The translations under genes were made by a program, and so were the position numbers. The notes beneath the pieces are model-generated. The model was not told the origin of the DNA, searched no databases, and worked only from the letters and a program-made list of their open reading frames with translations. From an uncultured Alphaproteobacteria bacterium (GTDB taxonomy: Bacteria > Pseudomonadota > Alphaproteobacteria > Rhizobiales > Beijerinckiaceae), in assembly GCA_963713805.1 (NCBI GenBank), contig CAVQNF010000002.1, positions 1 to 64,000 of the forward strand: a stretch of 64,000 nucleotides of DNA, written 5' to 3'. Positions 52,310-61,988 of this stretch are shown here, piece after piece. Position 1 is the first letter of the stretch. Every line of letters begins with the position of its first letter.

Positions 52310-53300
52310 ATGGGAAAAACGAACGTGTACATCAGGACAAATTTGCTGGCGGCAGTTGCAGTCGCGGCATTGGCGATTGCCGGCCCCGGCTCAGCCTGGG
52401 CGCACGGGCACGGCGAGGGTGGTGGCCATGGCGACGGCGGTGGCCATGAGGGCGGCGGTCACGACGGCGGTGGCCATGAGGGCGGCGGCCATGAGGGCGG
52501 CGGTCACGACGGTGGTGGCCATGAGGGCGGCGGCCATGAGGGCGGCGGCCATGAGGGTGGTGGTCACGAAGGCGGTGGTCACGAAGGCGGCGGCCAGTGG
52601 CGGTCACGAAGGCGGTGGTCACGAAGGCGGTGGCCATGGCGGCCATGAGGGTGGCGGTCACGACGGTGGCGGTCATGGCCACGATGGTGGAGGTCATGGC
52701 CACGATGGTGGCGGTCATGGCCACGATGGTGGTGGTCACGGTCACGATGGTGGTCACGGTCACGATGGTGGTCACGGCCACGACGGTGGCAAGGGCCACG
52801 ACGGCGGCAAGGGCCACGACGGCGGCAAGGGCCACGACGGCGGCAAGGGCCACGACGGCGGCAAGGGCCACGACGGCGGCAAGGGCCACGACGGCGGCAA
52901 GGGCCATGAGCACGGCCACGATGGGAAGGGCCACGAGCACGGTCACGAGCACGGCCATGGCGGCGGCAACAACGGAAACGGGAACACAGGCTCCGGCGGC
53001 ACGAACGGGACAGGCGGCAACAATGGCTCCAACAATGGCGCCGGCGGAACAAGCCCGGGCAACGGGAGCAATGGCACCAGCGGAAACAACGGGACGAACG
53101 GTTCCGCCGGCAACAGCGCCAGCGGCAATAACGGCGCGAATGGATCCAGCGGGGCCGCTGCTTCCTCGAGCGGATCGAGTGGCAGCAGCGACCCTTCGGG
53201 CGCAGGCGCGGGGAGTGGCGAAGGAAGCTCGAAGAGCTCTTCCGGCCTGAACTGCAGCTACACGACGAAGCACGTCTGGAGGTGCAAGGCGAGCTACTGA
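52310..53300 (+). pseudogene. Secreted His/Gly-rich repeat protein (candidate metal-binding), frameshifted by an intra-repeat deletion
   Basis: Signal peptide MGKTNVYIRTNLLAAVAVAALAIAGPGSAWA. About 12 HEGGG/HDGGG units, then a roughly 5-nt deletion at about 52598 shifts the frame. The homologous continuation is in the 52218 ORF frame: HGHDGGG x4, KGHDGG x7, HEHGHDGKGHEHGHEHGHGGG, an N/G/S/T-rich tail, and ...LNCSYTTKHVWRCKASY*. Confidence 0.6.
52420..52940. repeat. 15-bp (HEGGG/HDGGG), 21-bp (HGHDGGG) and 18-bp (KGHDGG) coding tandem repeats
   Basis: Direct repeats such as catgagggcggcggtcacgacggcggtggc and ggccacgacggcggcaag x7. Confidence 0.75.
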
Positions 53301-53770
53301 ATTCGTCTCGGTATTGCCCTCGAGCCGATAGGTCGCGCGAGCGGGGAGGACATTTTGATCGGCGGGCTCGTCCGCGGCCCGCCGTCAGCCTTGCTCCGGG
53401 GCGCCTTCTATCGCCCGCGTGTCGGAGGCGTGGACGTGCTGGCGGGGCTCGCGCTCGCAAGTTTGCGCGACAACCGCGAAGAGGGTGATCCGTCGACGAA
53501 GCGACGGCGCTCGCCCGCCGAATGCGGCGCGATGCTTTGCGCGGCGTCTTTCACTTCATACGCGGCGCCGAGTTCACGAGGTCGATGCCGCATCCCATAG
53601 TCTAACCATTGGGCCACGGACCACCTGAGCCTGCACGAAGTTTTGACAAGGCTCCCGAATGGGCCCAAAAATCTCCTGATGAAAAACCGCGTGATTTTCG
53701 GCCACGCCACGGGCATCCCATGTTTGCGTCAGGCCACGGGTTTTGGGCTAAGACACTTAGTTCAAGGGAG

Positions 53771-54205
53771 ATGACGATGCTCAAGCTTGCTTTTGTCACG
53801 TCTTCCGTTCTCGCTCTTGCCGCGCCGGCTTTCGGCCAGGACAGCGCGCAGATCCAGGTGCTCAACGATCGTTTTTCCGAGGCCTTCAATCGGGGCGACG
53901 CAGGGGCCGTGGCGGCCATGTACGCGGATGATGCGGTGGTATTGCCCGCCGGCTCGCCACTGCTCAGGGGGCGGGAGGCCATTCAATCTTACTGGAAGAA
54001 GGGAGCCGAGCAGCTCGAGGGAATGCGGCTGACGACCGTCGACGTCGAGCCGCTTGGAGATCGTGCGGCGCGCGAGATCGGGACATTCGTCCTTAAGACC
54101 AAGGCCCAACCCCCGCAGGAACTCGTCGGCAAATACGTGGTCGTTTGGAAGAAGGAGGGGAACGACTGGAAACTCGCGACCGACATCTGGAACGCCAACA
54201 AATAG
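53771..54205 (+). CDS. SnoaL-like / NTF2-fold (DUF4440-like) periplasmic protein
   Basis: Signal peptide MTMLKLAFVTSSVLALAAPAFG. ...LNDRFSEAFNRGDAGAVAAMYADDAVVLPAG...GREAIQSYW... is an NTF2-like fold. Confidence 0.6.
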   Translation: MTMLKLAFVTSSVLALAAPAFGQDSAQIQVLNDRFSEAFNRGDAGAVAAMYADDAVVLPAGSPLLRGREAIQSYWKKGAEQLEGMRLTTVDVEPLGDRAAREIGTFVLKTKAQPPQELVGKYVVVWKKEGNDWKLATDIWNANK

Positions 54206-54364
54206 CGAAAGCGATGGTCGCGCGGGCGGGCTCGGTCGAGAGGATAAAAATAATCGCTTCATCGCTGACCGCCGCCTTGCCCTTGCCGAAGACAAATCGC
54301 ATAGATGCGATCAGCCTTCCAAGAAAGCGACTGGTTGTAACTCCTACCGGAAACTCGGCCTCCA

Positions 54365-54514
54365 TTAGTGGCGTTTGAAGAATTGAACCTCACGTTCATG
54401 CTTTTCCGCTGCCGCTCGCGACTTGAACGTTCCAAGGTTACGTCGTTTGCCGGTTTTCGGATCAGGCTTGCGTGAATAAAGGCGGTATTCGCCGGATTTA
54501 AGTTTGCGGATCAT
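54365..54514 (-). CDS. Small conserved protein (MIRKLKSGEYRLYSRK...KTGKRRNLGTF family)
   Basis: GGAGA RBS. 49 aa: MIRKLKSGEYRLYSRKPDPKTGKRRNLGTFKSRAAAEKHEREVQFFKRH, matching a widespread small rhizobial protein family. Confidence 0.45.
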   Translation of the reverse strand: MIRKLKSGEYRLYSRKPDPKTGKRRNLGTFKSRAAAEKHEREVQFFKRH

Positions 54515-55123
54515 ATGTTCTTCTCCGTGAGGGGCTTCGTCGGAATGGTCCCGCCTCATGGACCTTAAGCAGTGCGCATCCGTAAGCCATCCACGCAACG
54601 AACGCGCTCGTCAGGAGCTGACCATCCGCCTGACTCTCGGTTCTAGGCCATCAATCAGAACCCCGCGCGACCAGGGACTTCGTGCAGACCTCTTGTCCGT
54701 CCCAGCGCAGGTAGCAGCAGACTATGTGGATCGGATTTACGTGGCGAGAAGGCCTGCGATTTGCCCGTTCAGCAGCCGACCAAGTTCGAGCTCATCTTCA
54801 ATATATGAAGACCGCCAAGACACTGCGTCTGACCGTTCCGCTGTCGATCCTTGCCCGCGCCGACGAGGTGGTCCGAATGACCCCTGAAATGACCTAGTCT
54901 GGCACTCTCGTTTGGGTTTGAGGACGCCTGAGCGATCGCCATGGTCGACGGCTTTGTTATGCTTCGATCGTCCGCACGGTCGAAAGCGTATTGAGACGAG
55001 CGAGGTCATCCGCACTTTCGTGACGATCGCGCTCGAGCAAATCGGGCTTTCCCGAATTCGCTGAACCCACGCCGTGCGATATGCTGACTTTGTTCGGGCG
55101 CAAAGCGCGGTCCGGCTTGGAGA

Positions 55124-56113
55124 ATGCAGATGAGGCGACGCGAATTGATCAAGCTCGCCAGCACCGCGGCGGTCCTGTGGCCGCATGCGGGTCTCGCGCA
55201 AGCTTTGCCCAGGCGGCTCCTTATTGCGTGGCTTTCGGGAGGCACGCGGACTGCATCCGAGCCGTTCACGGGCAGCTTCCTGCAAGGCATGTGGGATCTT
55301 GGCTATGTCGAAGGTCGCGACTTCGACATGGCTTATCGCTTCTCCGATGGCCTGCAGGAACGGTTGCCCACTCTTGCGGACGAGGTGGTTCGGCTCAAGC
55401 CCGACATCATCTTAGCGGCTGCCGTCGGCCAGGCAGTGGTGGCAAGGAACGCGACAACGACCATCCCGATCGTGTGCCCGGCACTCGCGGACGCAGTTCA
55501 CCTGGGCTTGATCGCGGGCGAAGCGCGGCCGGGGGGCAATGTCACGGGGATCGAGCCCTACGTGGCGGGCCTACCCGCGAAACAGATGGAACTCGCACGC
55601 GAAATCGTGCCTGGCGCGAGCAGAGTCGCGCTGCTCACCGACCTGGAAGATCCAAAAGCCTCGCCCCAAGCGCGGGAGCTTGAGTTCGCGGCTCGAACCC
55701 TCGAAGTCAAGATCGTGACCGCCGATGCCAGCCGACCCGACAAGATCGATGGCGCATTGCAGACGCTGGCGAACGATCGAGCTGACGTTGTCATCGTGCT
55801 TCAAACCTCGATGCTGTTGAGCCAGAGCCGGCGAATCGCCGAGTTGGCGTTGGCGAAGCGGCTGCCGACCGTCTACGGTTATCGCGAGCATGTCGTCGCT
55901 GGCGGACTGATCAGCTACGGCGTGGATTTGCGCTGGTGCTTTCACCGAGGCGCCTACTTCGTGGACAAAATCCTGCACGGCACCCCGCCGGGCAATTTGC
56001 CGGTGGAGTTCCCGACCGAGCTGATGCTGACGATCAACCTCAAGACGGCGAGCGCGCTTGGCATGGCGGTGCCGCCCACGCTGCTCGCCCGCGCTGACGA
56101 AGTGATCGAATAG
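55124..56113 (+). CDS. ABC-transporter substrate-binding protein (PF04392 'ABC_sub_bind' family), Tat signal
   Basis: MRRRELIKLASTAAVLWP is a Tat-like leader. The 329-aa intact ORF is typical of the expanded Bradyrhizobiaceae/Rhizobiales SBP family. Confidence 0.75.
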   Translation: MQMRRRELIKLASTAAVLWPHAGLAQALPRRLLIAWLSGGTRTASEPFTGSFLQGMWDLGYVEGRDFDMAYRFSDGLQERLPTLADEVVRLKPDIILAAAVGQAVVARNATTTIPIVCPALADAVHLGLIAGEARPGGNVTGIEPYVAGLPAKQMELAREIVPGASRVALLTDLEDPKASPQARELEFAARTLEVKIVTADASRPDKIDGALQTLANDRADVVIVLQTSMLLSQSRRIAELALAKRLPTVYGYREHVVAGGLISYGVDLRWCFHRGAYFVDKILHGTPPGNLPVEFPTELMLTINLKTASALGMAVPPTLLARADEVIE

Positions 56114-56378
56114 GCAAGCCCTCATCGAAATTAGGCGAGCCGTTGCTCCTCGCCAGCGCCGTCAGGTGATGTTCATCGTCACGATCGGCGCTGGCCTTGG
56201 GAGCGCTAGACAGCGAGGGCGAGGTTCTCATCGGCACCCGGAAGCTGCGCGGTCACTTGGATACTCGGGCGAATCGACGTCTGGCAGAGCGCTGTTGCAA
56301 GAGCTCGTGATGGAAGCGTTCACATCACATGAGAAAGGGCCGCGCGAGCGGCCCTCTCGCCGAACTGAGAAGAGGACT

Positions 56379-56720
56379 CTACATCCCCGGTATCTGCACG
56401 ACCTCGATGATTTCTATCCATGCGCCGGGCATTTGCAGATGCGGTTGGTCCTTGCCGAAAATCTTCGTTGCCGCATCGGCCGATTCGGCTTGTATAATTG
56501 AATAGCCACCGACCCCGTTCTTCGTGTCTGAGGCTCCTTTCGAGTCAACCCGCTTGGTCTTCCCCAAAGGCGCTCCACCGTCAACGAGGGACGCCTTGTG
56601 GTCACCCATCCACTTCATCCACGCGTCCATCCCCTTCTTTTGTTGCTCAGGCGTGGAGCTTTTCATCATCTTCTCAAACTCGGCCTGGTTGGCCATGTAC
56701 AAGACCAAGAATTTTTTCAT
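56379..56720 (-). CDS. YciI-like / Dabb-fold small protein
   Basis: MKKFLVLYMANQAEFEKMMKSSTPEQQKKGMDAWMKWMGDHKASLVDGGAPLG... Lies in a lower-GC segment. Confidence 0.5.
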   Translation of the reverse strand: MKKFLVLYMANQAEFEKMMKSSTPEQQKKGMDAWMKWMGDHKASLVDGGAPLGKTKRVDSKGASDTKNGVGGYSIIQAESADAATKIFGKDQPHLQMPGAWIEIIEVVQIPGM

Positions 56721-57040
56721 GAGACGATCCTCCGTACTACAAGAAAAAGATAAAAGCTTGTTGCGGCATACCCATGATCTTCCGCGGTCACAGGCGGCAG
56801 CCATTCAAGTCTCCTCGACGCTACTAACTCCTTGTCCGAGCATCAAGTCACCTCTGCGCTCCAGCGGGAAACGCGGGAGAATCCCGATCAGTAGAGCGAA
56901 TGGAAAGGTTGCCATTCGCCATCATAGTCGAGCCTTTAGCCCAGCGCACCAGCATCCGCGTCACATTGCCCCTCCAGGAACTTCCCACGCACCTCGTGCC
57001 GCCTGCTGCATGACACCCGACACGGTGTTGTTTGAAAATC

Positions 57041-57331
57041 TCAGTTGGGGCGCCGCGAGTCGGGAGATTGGAACCGGTGCGCCGCTCTGGCACGTGCCCT
57101 CGCAGCCTCCGCGTCACGATCGCGCGGCGCTCCATTCGTGACGAGGGACTCGAGCAACTCGCTGGCTGCTCCAGCCACTTGATCGACCGCGCGGTTGAAC
57201 GCGATCTCGTTGATCTTGGATGGCCGCGTGAACCCGCTCAGCTTGCGCACGAACTGTAATGCAGACGCGCGGATCTCTTCCTCCGTCGCCGGTGGTTTGA
57301 AATTATAAAGGGTCTTGATATTTCGACACAT
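57041..57331 (-). CDS. DUF2277 family protein
   Basis: MCRNIKTLYNFKPPATEEEIRASALQFVRKLSGFTRPSKINEIAFNRAVDQVAGAASELL... Confidence 0.55.
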   Translation of the reverse strand: MCRNIKTLYNFKPPATEEEIRASALQFVRKLSGFTRPSKINEIAFNRAVDQVAGAASELLESLVTNGAPRDRDAEAARARARAAHRFQSPDSRRPN

Positions 57332-58247
57332 GAGAAGCCTCACGGTGAGCGCGTATGAGCACGATGAGAAGGGCGTGCCGCACGGTCGCACATGATTGAC
57401 GCCACGATCAAGCCGTTCTCACGGACCTTGTGACATTCTCGCTGACGCGTTTGTCTTCTGTCGGAAATTAAGTCCGAACGTATTGATTGTGCAAACCACC
57501 GAGAATTGGGGTCGGCAGAGCGCGTCCGACGACATGAACGACTTGAGCGGTAGCAGCGCGACGAAGGTAAATTCATCGCCTTAATCGCAACACAATGGCC
57601 GCGCTCGATTGCCCGGTTGCAACCGAGACCCTGGGAGGGGTTCATGCGCAGAATCTTGGCTCTCACGCTTCTTGCTTTCGCGCTCCTTGGAGGCGTCGCA
57701 GTCTTCACGAGTGTTGACGCATCCCGAGCGGTTGCCTGCGACTATCACGGTTCTTGAGGCACGTCCTTCGCACGATCGTCCCGGAACGGGGCGGACGGTC
57801 TCTCCGTGGGCTTCCACTGAGAAAGGTTTCGGGCACAACCGCTTCACCGCATCTGGCGCGTGACACACGCCTTCGATCCGATGGCCGTCCGGATCGAGCA
57901 CGATGCGGCGCAATGGCTCGGATGATGTTTCGGCCCTAGCCAGGGCGGGCCTTGCCGCGCGCTGGATCGCCGGCCCGATGACCTTGCGCTTCCAATGTGG
58001 TCCAACCATACTCGTCACATTTTGTGACAGGATAGATTGTCACCGTCTCGGGAAGGGCTCAACTCGCGCAGGGTTCAGAACGCGTAAATTTCGGGCGAGA
58101 CGAAAACGCAAAGCAGGCACCTGGGTCCCGGAAACCCCATTCGGGCCGCGGCTGGCAAGGGGAGCGACCGTTCCCATTGGCCCTCGCGTATCGGTGGAGA
58201 ACGCGGGTCGACGGTGGGTTTACCGCTTCCGGGTGGTCCAGCTTTTG

Positions 58248-58808
58248 CATATGATGTCGTTCAACTCGGAGGGGTTCCGATTGCGACATCTTGTTTCCCG
58301 GCGCTGCTTCCTGGCGGCATTCATCGCTCTGTCTTGCGCCGGAATGAAATCGGCTTTCGCCGCCAGCCTGAAAGCGGCTGATTTCGATGATCCGTTTCTC
58401 GGGCAAACCACGCAAGGGGATCTGATTCTGGCCCCGCAAAAAACGCTTGCGGCAGGCATGTTCCCCGCCAGATCCGAATTTTTCGGGATCGTCAGAAAGA
58501 CCAATGTCGTCCCCAATGATCAGGACTTGGGCAAGATCAATCTGCTGGCCCTTTACGCCGCGTTCAGCGACGGTGAGTGCCGCGTGAGCCTTTGCACTCT
58601 GGAAACGCTCGCCGGCAGCAGCGCAATCACCGCGCGAAGGGCGTACGACGCGCTCACCGCGGTCGCGGAAAGGCTGAAAGATCGGCCGGATGCGGTTTAC
58701 GCGATTCAGGACGTCGACGAGCTGGCGCGCGTCAGCTGCGCAAAGAGTGGATCGCGCTCGGTCATCGTATTGCAGAAACCGCGGGTGAGCGCGCTGCTCG
58801 CCGGTTGA
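58248..58808 (+). CDS. Hypothetical secreted protein
   Basis: Signal peptide MMSFNSEGFRLRHLVSRRCFLAAFIALSCAGMKSAFAAS. No recognised domain. Confidence 0.35.
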   Translation, partial: HMMSFNSEGFRLRHLVSRRCFLAAFIALSCAGMKSAFAASLKAADFDDPFLGQTTQGDLILAPQKTLAAGMFPARSEFFGIVRKTNVVPNDQDLGKINLLALYAAFSDGECRVSLCTLETLAGSSAITARRAYDALTAVAERLKDRPDAVYAIQDVDELARVSCAKSGSRSVIVLQKPRVSALLAG

Positions 58809-58823
58809 TGGGACAAGTCCCTT

Positions 58824-59177
58824 TCAGGAACGTCGGGCGGTCGACGCGATGCAACGCCGCGGTCGATCGATGCCCGCCAATCTGTCGGGAAAATGCTCAG
58901 CTCGACCGATCACGTCGCCGACGCCGCGCGCGGCGAGCTCGGCTTCGTCGGCCTGAGCGATCGCGAGCCTTGCATGTTCGTAGAAGATCTGGCCCGCCTC
59001 GGTCGCGCTGAAGCTGCGCGACGAGCGCAGCAGCAGCGACAGGCCGAGCCGCTCCTCGAGCTGCGCCACCGCCTTGGAAACGGCAGGTTGGCCGACGCGC
59101 AGCTGGCGCGCGGCCGCTGAGAACGAACCGGTCTCGATCACCTTGACGAAAGTCTGCATCGCGGTGAGCCGGTCCAT
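58824..59177 (-). pseudogene. LysR-family regulator, N-terminal HTH fragment only
   Basis: MDRLTAMQTFVKVIETGSFSAAARQLRVGQPAVSKAVAQLEERLGLSLLLRSSRSFSATEAGQIFYEHARLAIAQADEAE, then a stop after 117 aa. No substrate-binding domain in any frame downstream. Confidence 0.55.
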
Positions 59178-59277
59178 CTCTATTCCTTTTGGGAATGGAA
59201 ACTATTACCATACCCTGTCTACACGAATTGCTCCGGCATGGGTACCTGTCTCGCACCAAGCAACAGGAGCGTTTCCC

Positions 59278-59436
59278 ATGTCGCTGCAGGACAATCTCGA
59301 CGCCTTCCGCGCCTTCGCGATCGGCCGGGACGGCATCATTCATTATGCCGAGGTCAGCCCGGATTATACGCGACGCCCGGATCCGTCCGAGTTGTTTCCG
59401 ATCCTCGACGGAATGAGAGCGCGCGAAGCGGCCTGA
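59278..59436 (+). CDS. Small ORF, possibly a remnant of a redoxin/peroxiredoxin C-terminus
   Basis: CAGGAG RBS. 52 aa: MSLQDNLDAFRAFAIGRDGIIHYAEVSPDYTRRPDPSELFPILDGMRAREAA, reminiscent of the ..DGIIRYAEVSPD..RRPDP.E.L tails of AhpC/TSA-family proteins. Divergent from the LysR fragment. Confidence 0.25.
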   Translation: MSLQDNLDAFRAFAIGRDGIIHYAEVSPDYTRRPDPSELFPILDGMRAREAA

Positions 59437-59493
59437 ACAAGCGCCGGTGCCCGGGTTGGCATCGGCGTCGCACTCAGCAAATGGAGGCAACCC

Positions 59494-60246
59494 ATGAATC
59501 ATCTCAATGGCAAGGTCGCCATCGTCACCGGTGCATCCAAGGGGATCGGTGCCGCCATCGCCAAGGGCTTGGCCGCCGCCGGGGCGGCGGTCGTCGTGAA
59601 TTATGCATCCGATAAGAAGGGCGCCGACCGGGCGGTCGCGGACATCGCCGCCAATGGCGGCAGGGCGGTCGCGATCCGGGCCGACATGTCCAAGGCAGCC
59701 GAAGTGAAAAGGCTGTTCGAGGAGACGCAGAAGGCCTTGGGGCCGCCGAATGTGCTCGTGAACAACGCGGGCATCTTCGAGTTCGGGCCCGTCGAGGAAA
59801 TCACCGAGGCGCAATTCCATCGCCACTTCGACATTAATGTGCTGGGCACGATGCTGGCCATCCAGGAGGCGGTCAAGCATTTCCCGGCCGAGGGGGGCAG
59901 CATCGTCAATATCAGCTCGATCGCGAGCGAGAGCCCGGTGCCGAATTCGAGCCTCTATGCGGCAACGAAGGGCGCGGTGGACACTCTGACGCTCGCCCTC
60001 GCCAAGGAACTCGGACCGCGGAAGATCCGCGTGAACGCTGTCGCTCCCGGCTATACCGATACCGAGGGCAACCAGCGGATCGGCTTCGTCGGCAGCGCCG
60101 CGGCGGAAGCGATGGTGGCGGCGACGCCGCTCGGCGGCCGCTTCGGCCGGCCTGAAGAGATTGCTCCGGCGGTCGTGTTCCTGGCTTCCGATGACGCGGC
60201 CTGGCTGACCGGAGAGCGCATCAACGCGTCCGGCGGCGTGCATTGA
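59494..60246 (+). CDS. SDR-family oxidoreductase
   Basis: TGASKGIGAAIA (Rossmann), NNAG, and catalytic S..Y...K (SSIASESP..., YAATKGAV). Intact 250 aa. Confidence 0.85.
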   Translation: MNHLNGKVAIVTGASKGIGAAIAKGLAAAGAAVVVNYASDKKGADRAVADIAANGGRAVAIRADMSKAAEVKRLFEETQKALGPPNVLVNNAGIFEFGPVEEITEAQFHRHFDINVLGTMLAIQEAVKHFPAEGGSIVNISSIASESPVPNSSLYAATKGAVDTLTLALAKELGPRKIRVNAVAPGYTDTEGNQRIGFVGSAAAEAMVAATPLGGRFGRPEEIAPAVVFLASDDAAWLTGERINASGGVH

Positions 60247-60361
60247 GGCCCCTTACGTCCCGAGAAGGTCAGGCGCTGGAGCGTGCAGTGAAACCATCAA
60301 CTGCTTGGAGCCAGGAGAAGTCAGCGTCTGCCTATTCACTCTGAGCACATGGAGGAAGATC

Positions 60362-61762
60362 ATGCCTCAACCCGAACATTATGAGGCGCTGATTCTCGGA
60401 AGCGGAACGGGAGGCAAATTGCTGGCGTGGCATTTGGCGCGCTCCGGTCGACGGACGGCTGTCGTGGAGCGCCGATGGATCGGCGGCTCCTGTCCGAATA
60501 TCGCATGCCTACCAAGCAAGAACGAGATCTGGAGCGCGAGGGTCGCGGATTTCACGCATCACGCAGCACGGTTCGGCACGATGACCGGCACCGTCGCGAC
60601 TGACATGGAGAAGGTTCGCCGACGCAAGCGCGACATGGTCGACCGCGAAATCGCGGCGCATTTGCGAAATTACAAGACGAGCGGCGCCGAATTGATCATG
60701 GGGACCGGGTGTTTCGTGGCACCGAAAACGCTCGAGGTGCAACTGAATGACGGCGGCACGCGCGTGCTGGCGGGAGACCAAGTTTTTCTCAATACCGGAA
60801 CGCACGCAGCAATTCCAAAGGTGCCAGGCCTCGAGGCTGCCCGGCCGCTCACGCATATCGAGATTTTGGAGATTGATTACCTGCCGTCACATCTGATCGT
60901 GCTCGGGGGCGGTTATGTCGGTCTCGAAATGGCGCAGGCCTATCGTCGCTTCGGTAGCCAGGTGACGGTCATCGAGCCGGGGCCCCGGCCCATGGGCCGG
61001 GAAGATCCCGATGTCGCGGACGAGGTGCAGCGGCTTCTCGGTGAGGAAGGTATTCAATTCCAATCGGTGGCCGAGCCGCTCGAGGTGGACGGTCGCTCCG
61101 GAGAGGGAGTGGGAATTAAGGTTCGCACGCCGCTCGGCGAGAAGAAGATCGAAGGCAGCGACATCCTCGTCGCGGTGGGGCGCGTTCCGAATACCGCCGG
61201 GATCGGCCTCGAGAAGACCGGTGTCAGGCTGGACGATCGCGGTTACATTCAAGTCAATGAGCGACTGGAGACGAGTGCCTCCGCGGTCTGGGCTTTGGGT
61301 GAATGCGCCGGCAGCCCGCAATTCACCCACGTATCTGCCGACGATTTTCGGATCATCAAAGACAATCTGGCCGGAGGCAACCGCAGCACGCGTGACCGGC
61401 TTGTCCCATACTGCATGTTCACGGAACCTCCGCTCGCCCATGTTGGAATGAGCGAGCGCGAGGCGCAACGCCAGGGCATGGCCGTGCGCGTCGCGAGGCT
61501 ACCAATGAACGCCGTGCTGCGGACAGAGGCGACGGACGAAACGCGAGGCTTCATGAAGGTTCTTGTCGACGCGAGCGACGAGCGCATTCTGGGCTTTACG
61601 ATGATTGGTGCGGAGGCCGGCGAGGTCATGGCCGTGGTCCAAACGGCGATGCTGGCAAATCTGCCATATTCGACGCTCCGCGATGCCATTCTCGCTCATC
61701 CGACGATAGCGGAAGGACTGGGCCCCCTCTTCGACAACGTGACGGCTCCGGTCGAGCGATAG
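60362..61762 (+). CDS. Class-I pyridine-nucleotide-disulfide oxidoreductase (MerA / dihydrolipoamide-dehydrogenase-like flavoprotein)
   Basis: GSGTGG FAD site, redox-active GGSCPNIACLPSK, NAD site GGGYVGLE, and a C-terminal dimerisation domain. GGAGG RBS. Confidence 0.8.
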   Translation: MPQPEHYEALILGSGTGGKLLAWHLARSGRRTAVVERRWIGGSCPNIACLPSKNEIWSARVADFTHHAARFGTMTGTVATDMEKVRRRKRDMVDREIAAHLRNYKTSGAELIMGTGCFVAPKTLEVQLNDGGTRVLAGDQVFLNTGTHAAIPKVPGLEAARPLTHIEILEIDYLPSHLIVLGGGYVGLEMAQAYRRFGSQVTVIEPGPRPMGREDPDVADEVQRLLGEEGIQFQSVAEPLEVDGRSGEGVGIKVRTPLGEKKIEGSDILVAVGRVPNTAGIGLEKTGVRLDDRGYIQVNERLETSASAVWALGECAGSPQFTHVSADDFRIIKDNLAGGNRSTRDRLVPYCMFTEPPLAHVGMSEREAQRQGMAVRVARLPMNAVLRTEATDETRGFMKVLVDASDERILGFTMIGAEAGEVMAVVQTAMLANLPYSTLRDAILAHPTIAEGLGPLFDNVTAPVER

Positions 61763-61988
61763 CTTACGCCCGAACTTACGTTCGCTGCCGGGGTTGTCGC
61801 TGAGGCGGCACGATCCCGTCGTCACGGCAGGCGTTCGGTGGCCGTGTCGAAGCTCGATCGGCTGAGCCGTGACGTGCCCCGCGGAACTGATATTATATCA
61901 ACCGCACACCTTTGCTTGGCGCCGAAACAATCCACGCTTAAAGATCCTGCATGTCGTAGGGCACTTTTTTCATCAAGAGAGCAAACGC

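Noticed and set aside
52258-53460. Multiple overlapping ORFs on both strands over the His-rich repeats (for example 52332..53273 minus, 52579..53460 minus, 52597..53250 plus)
   Set aside because: Repeat-driven open frames. Only the frame with a signal peptide and HEGGG/KGHDGG units is coherent.
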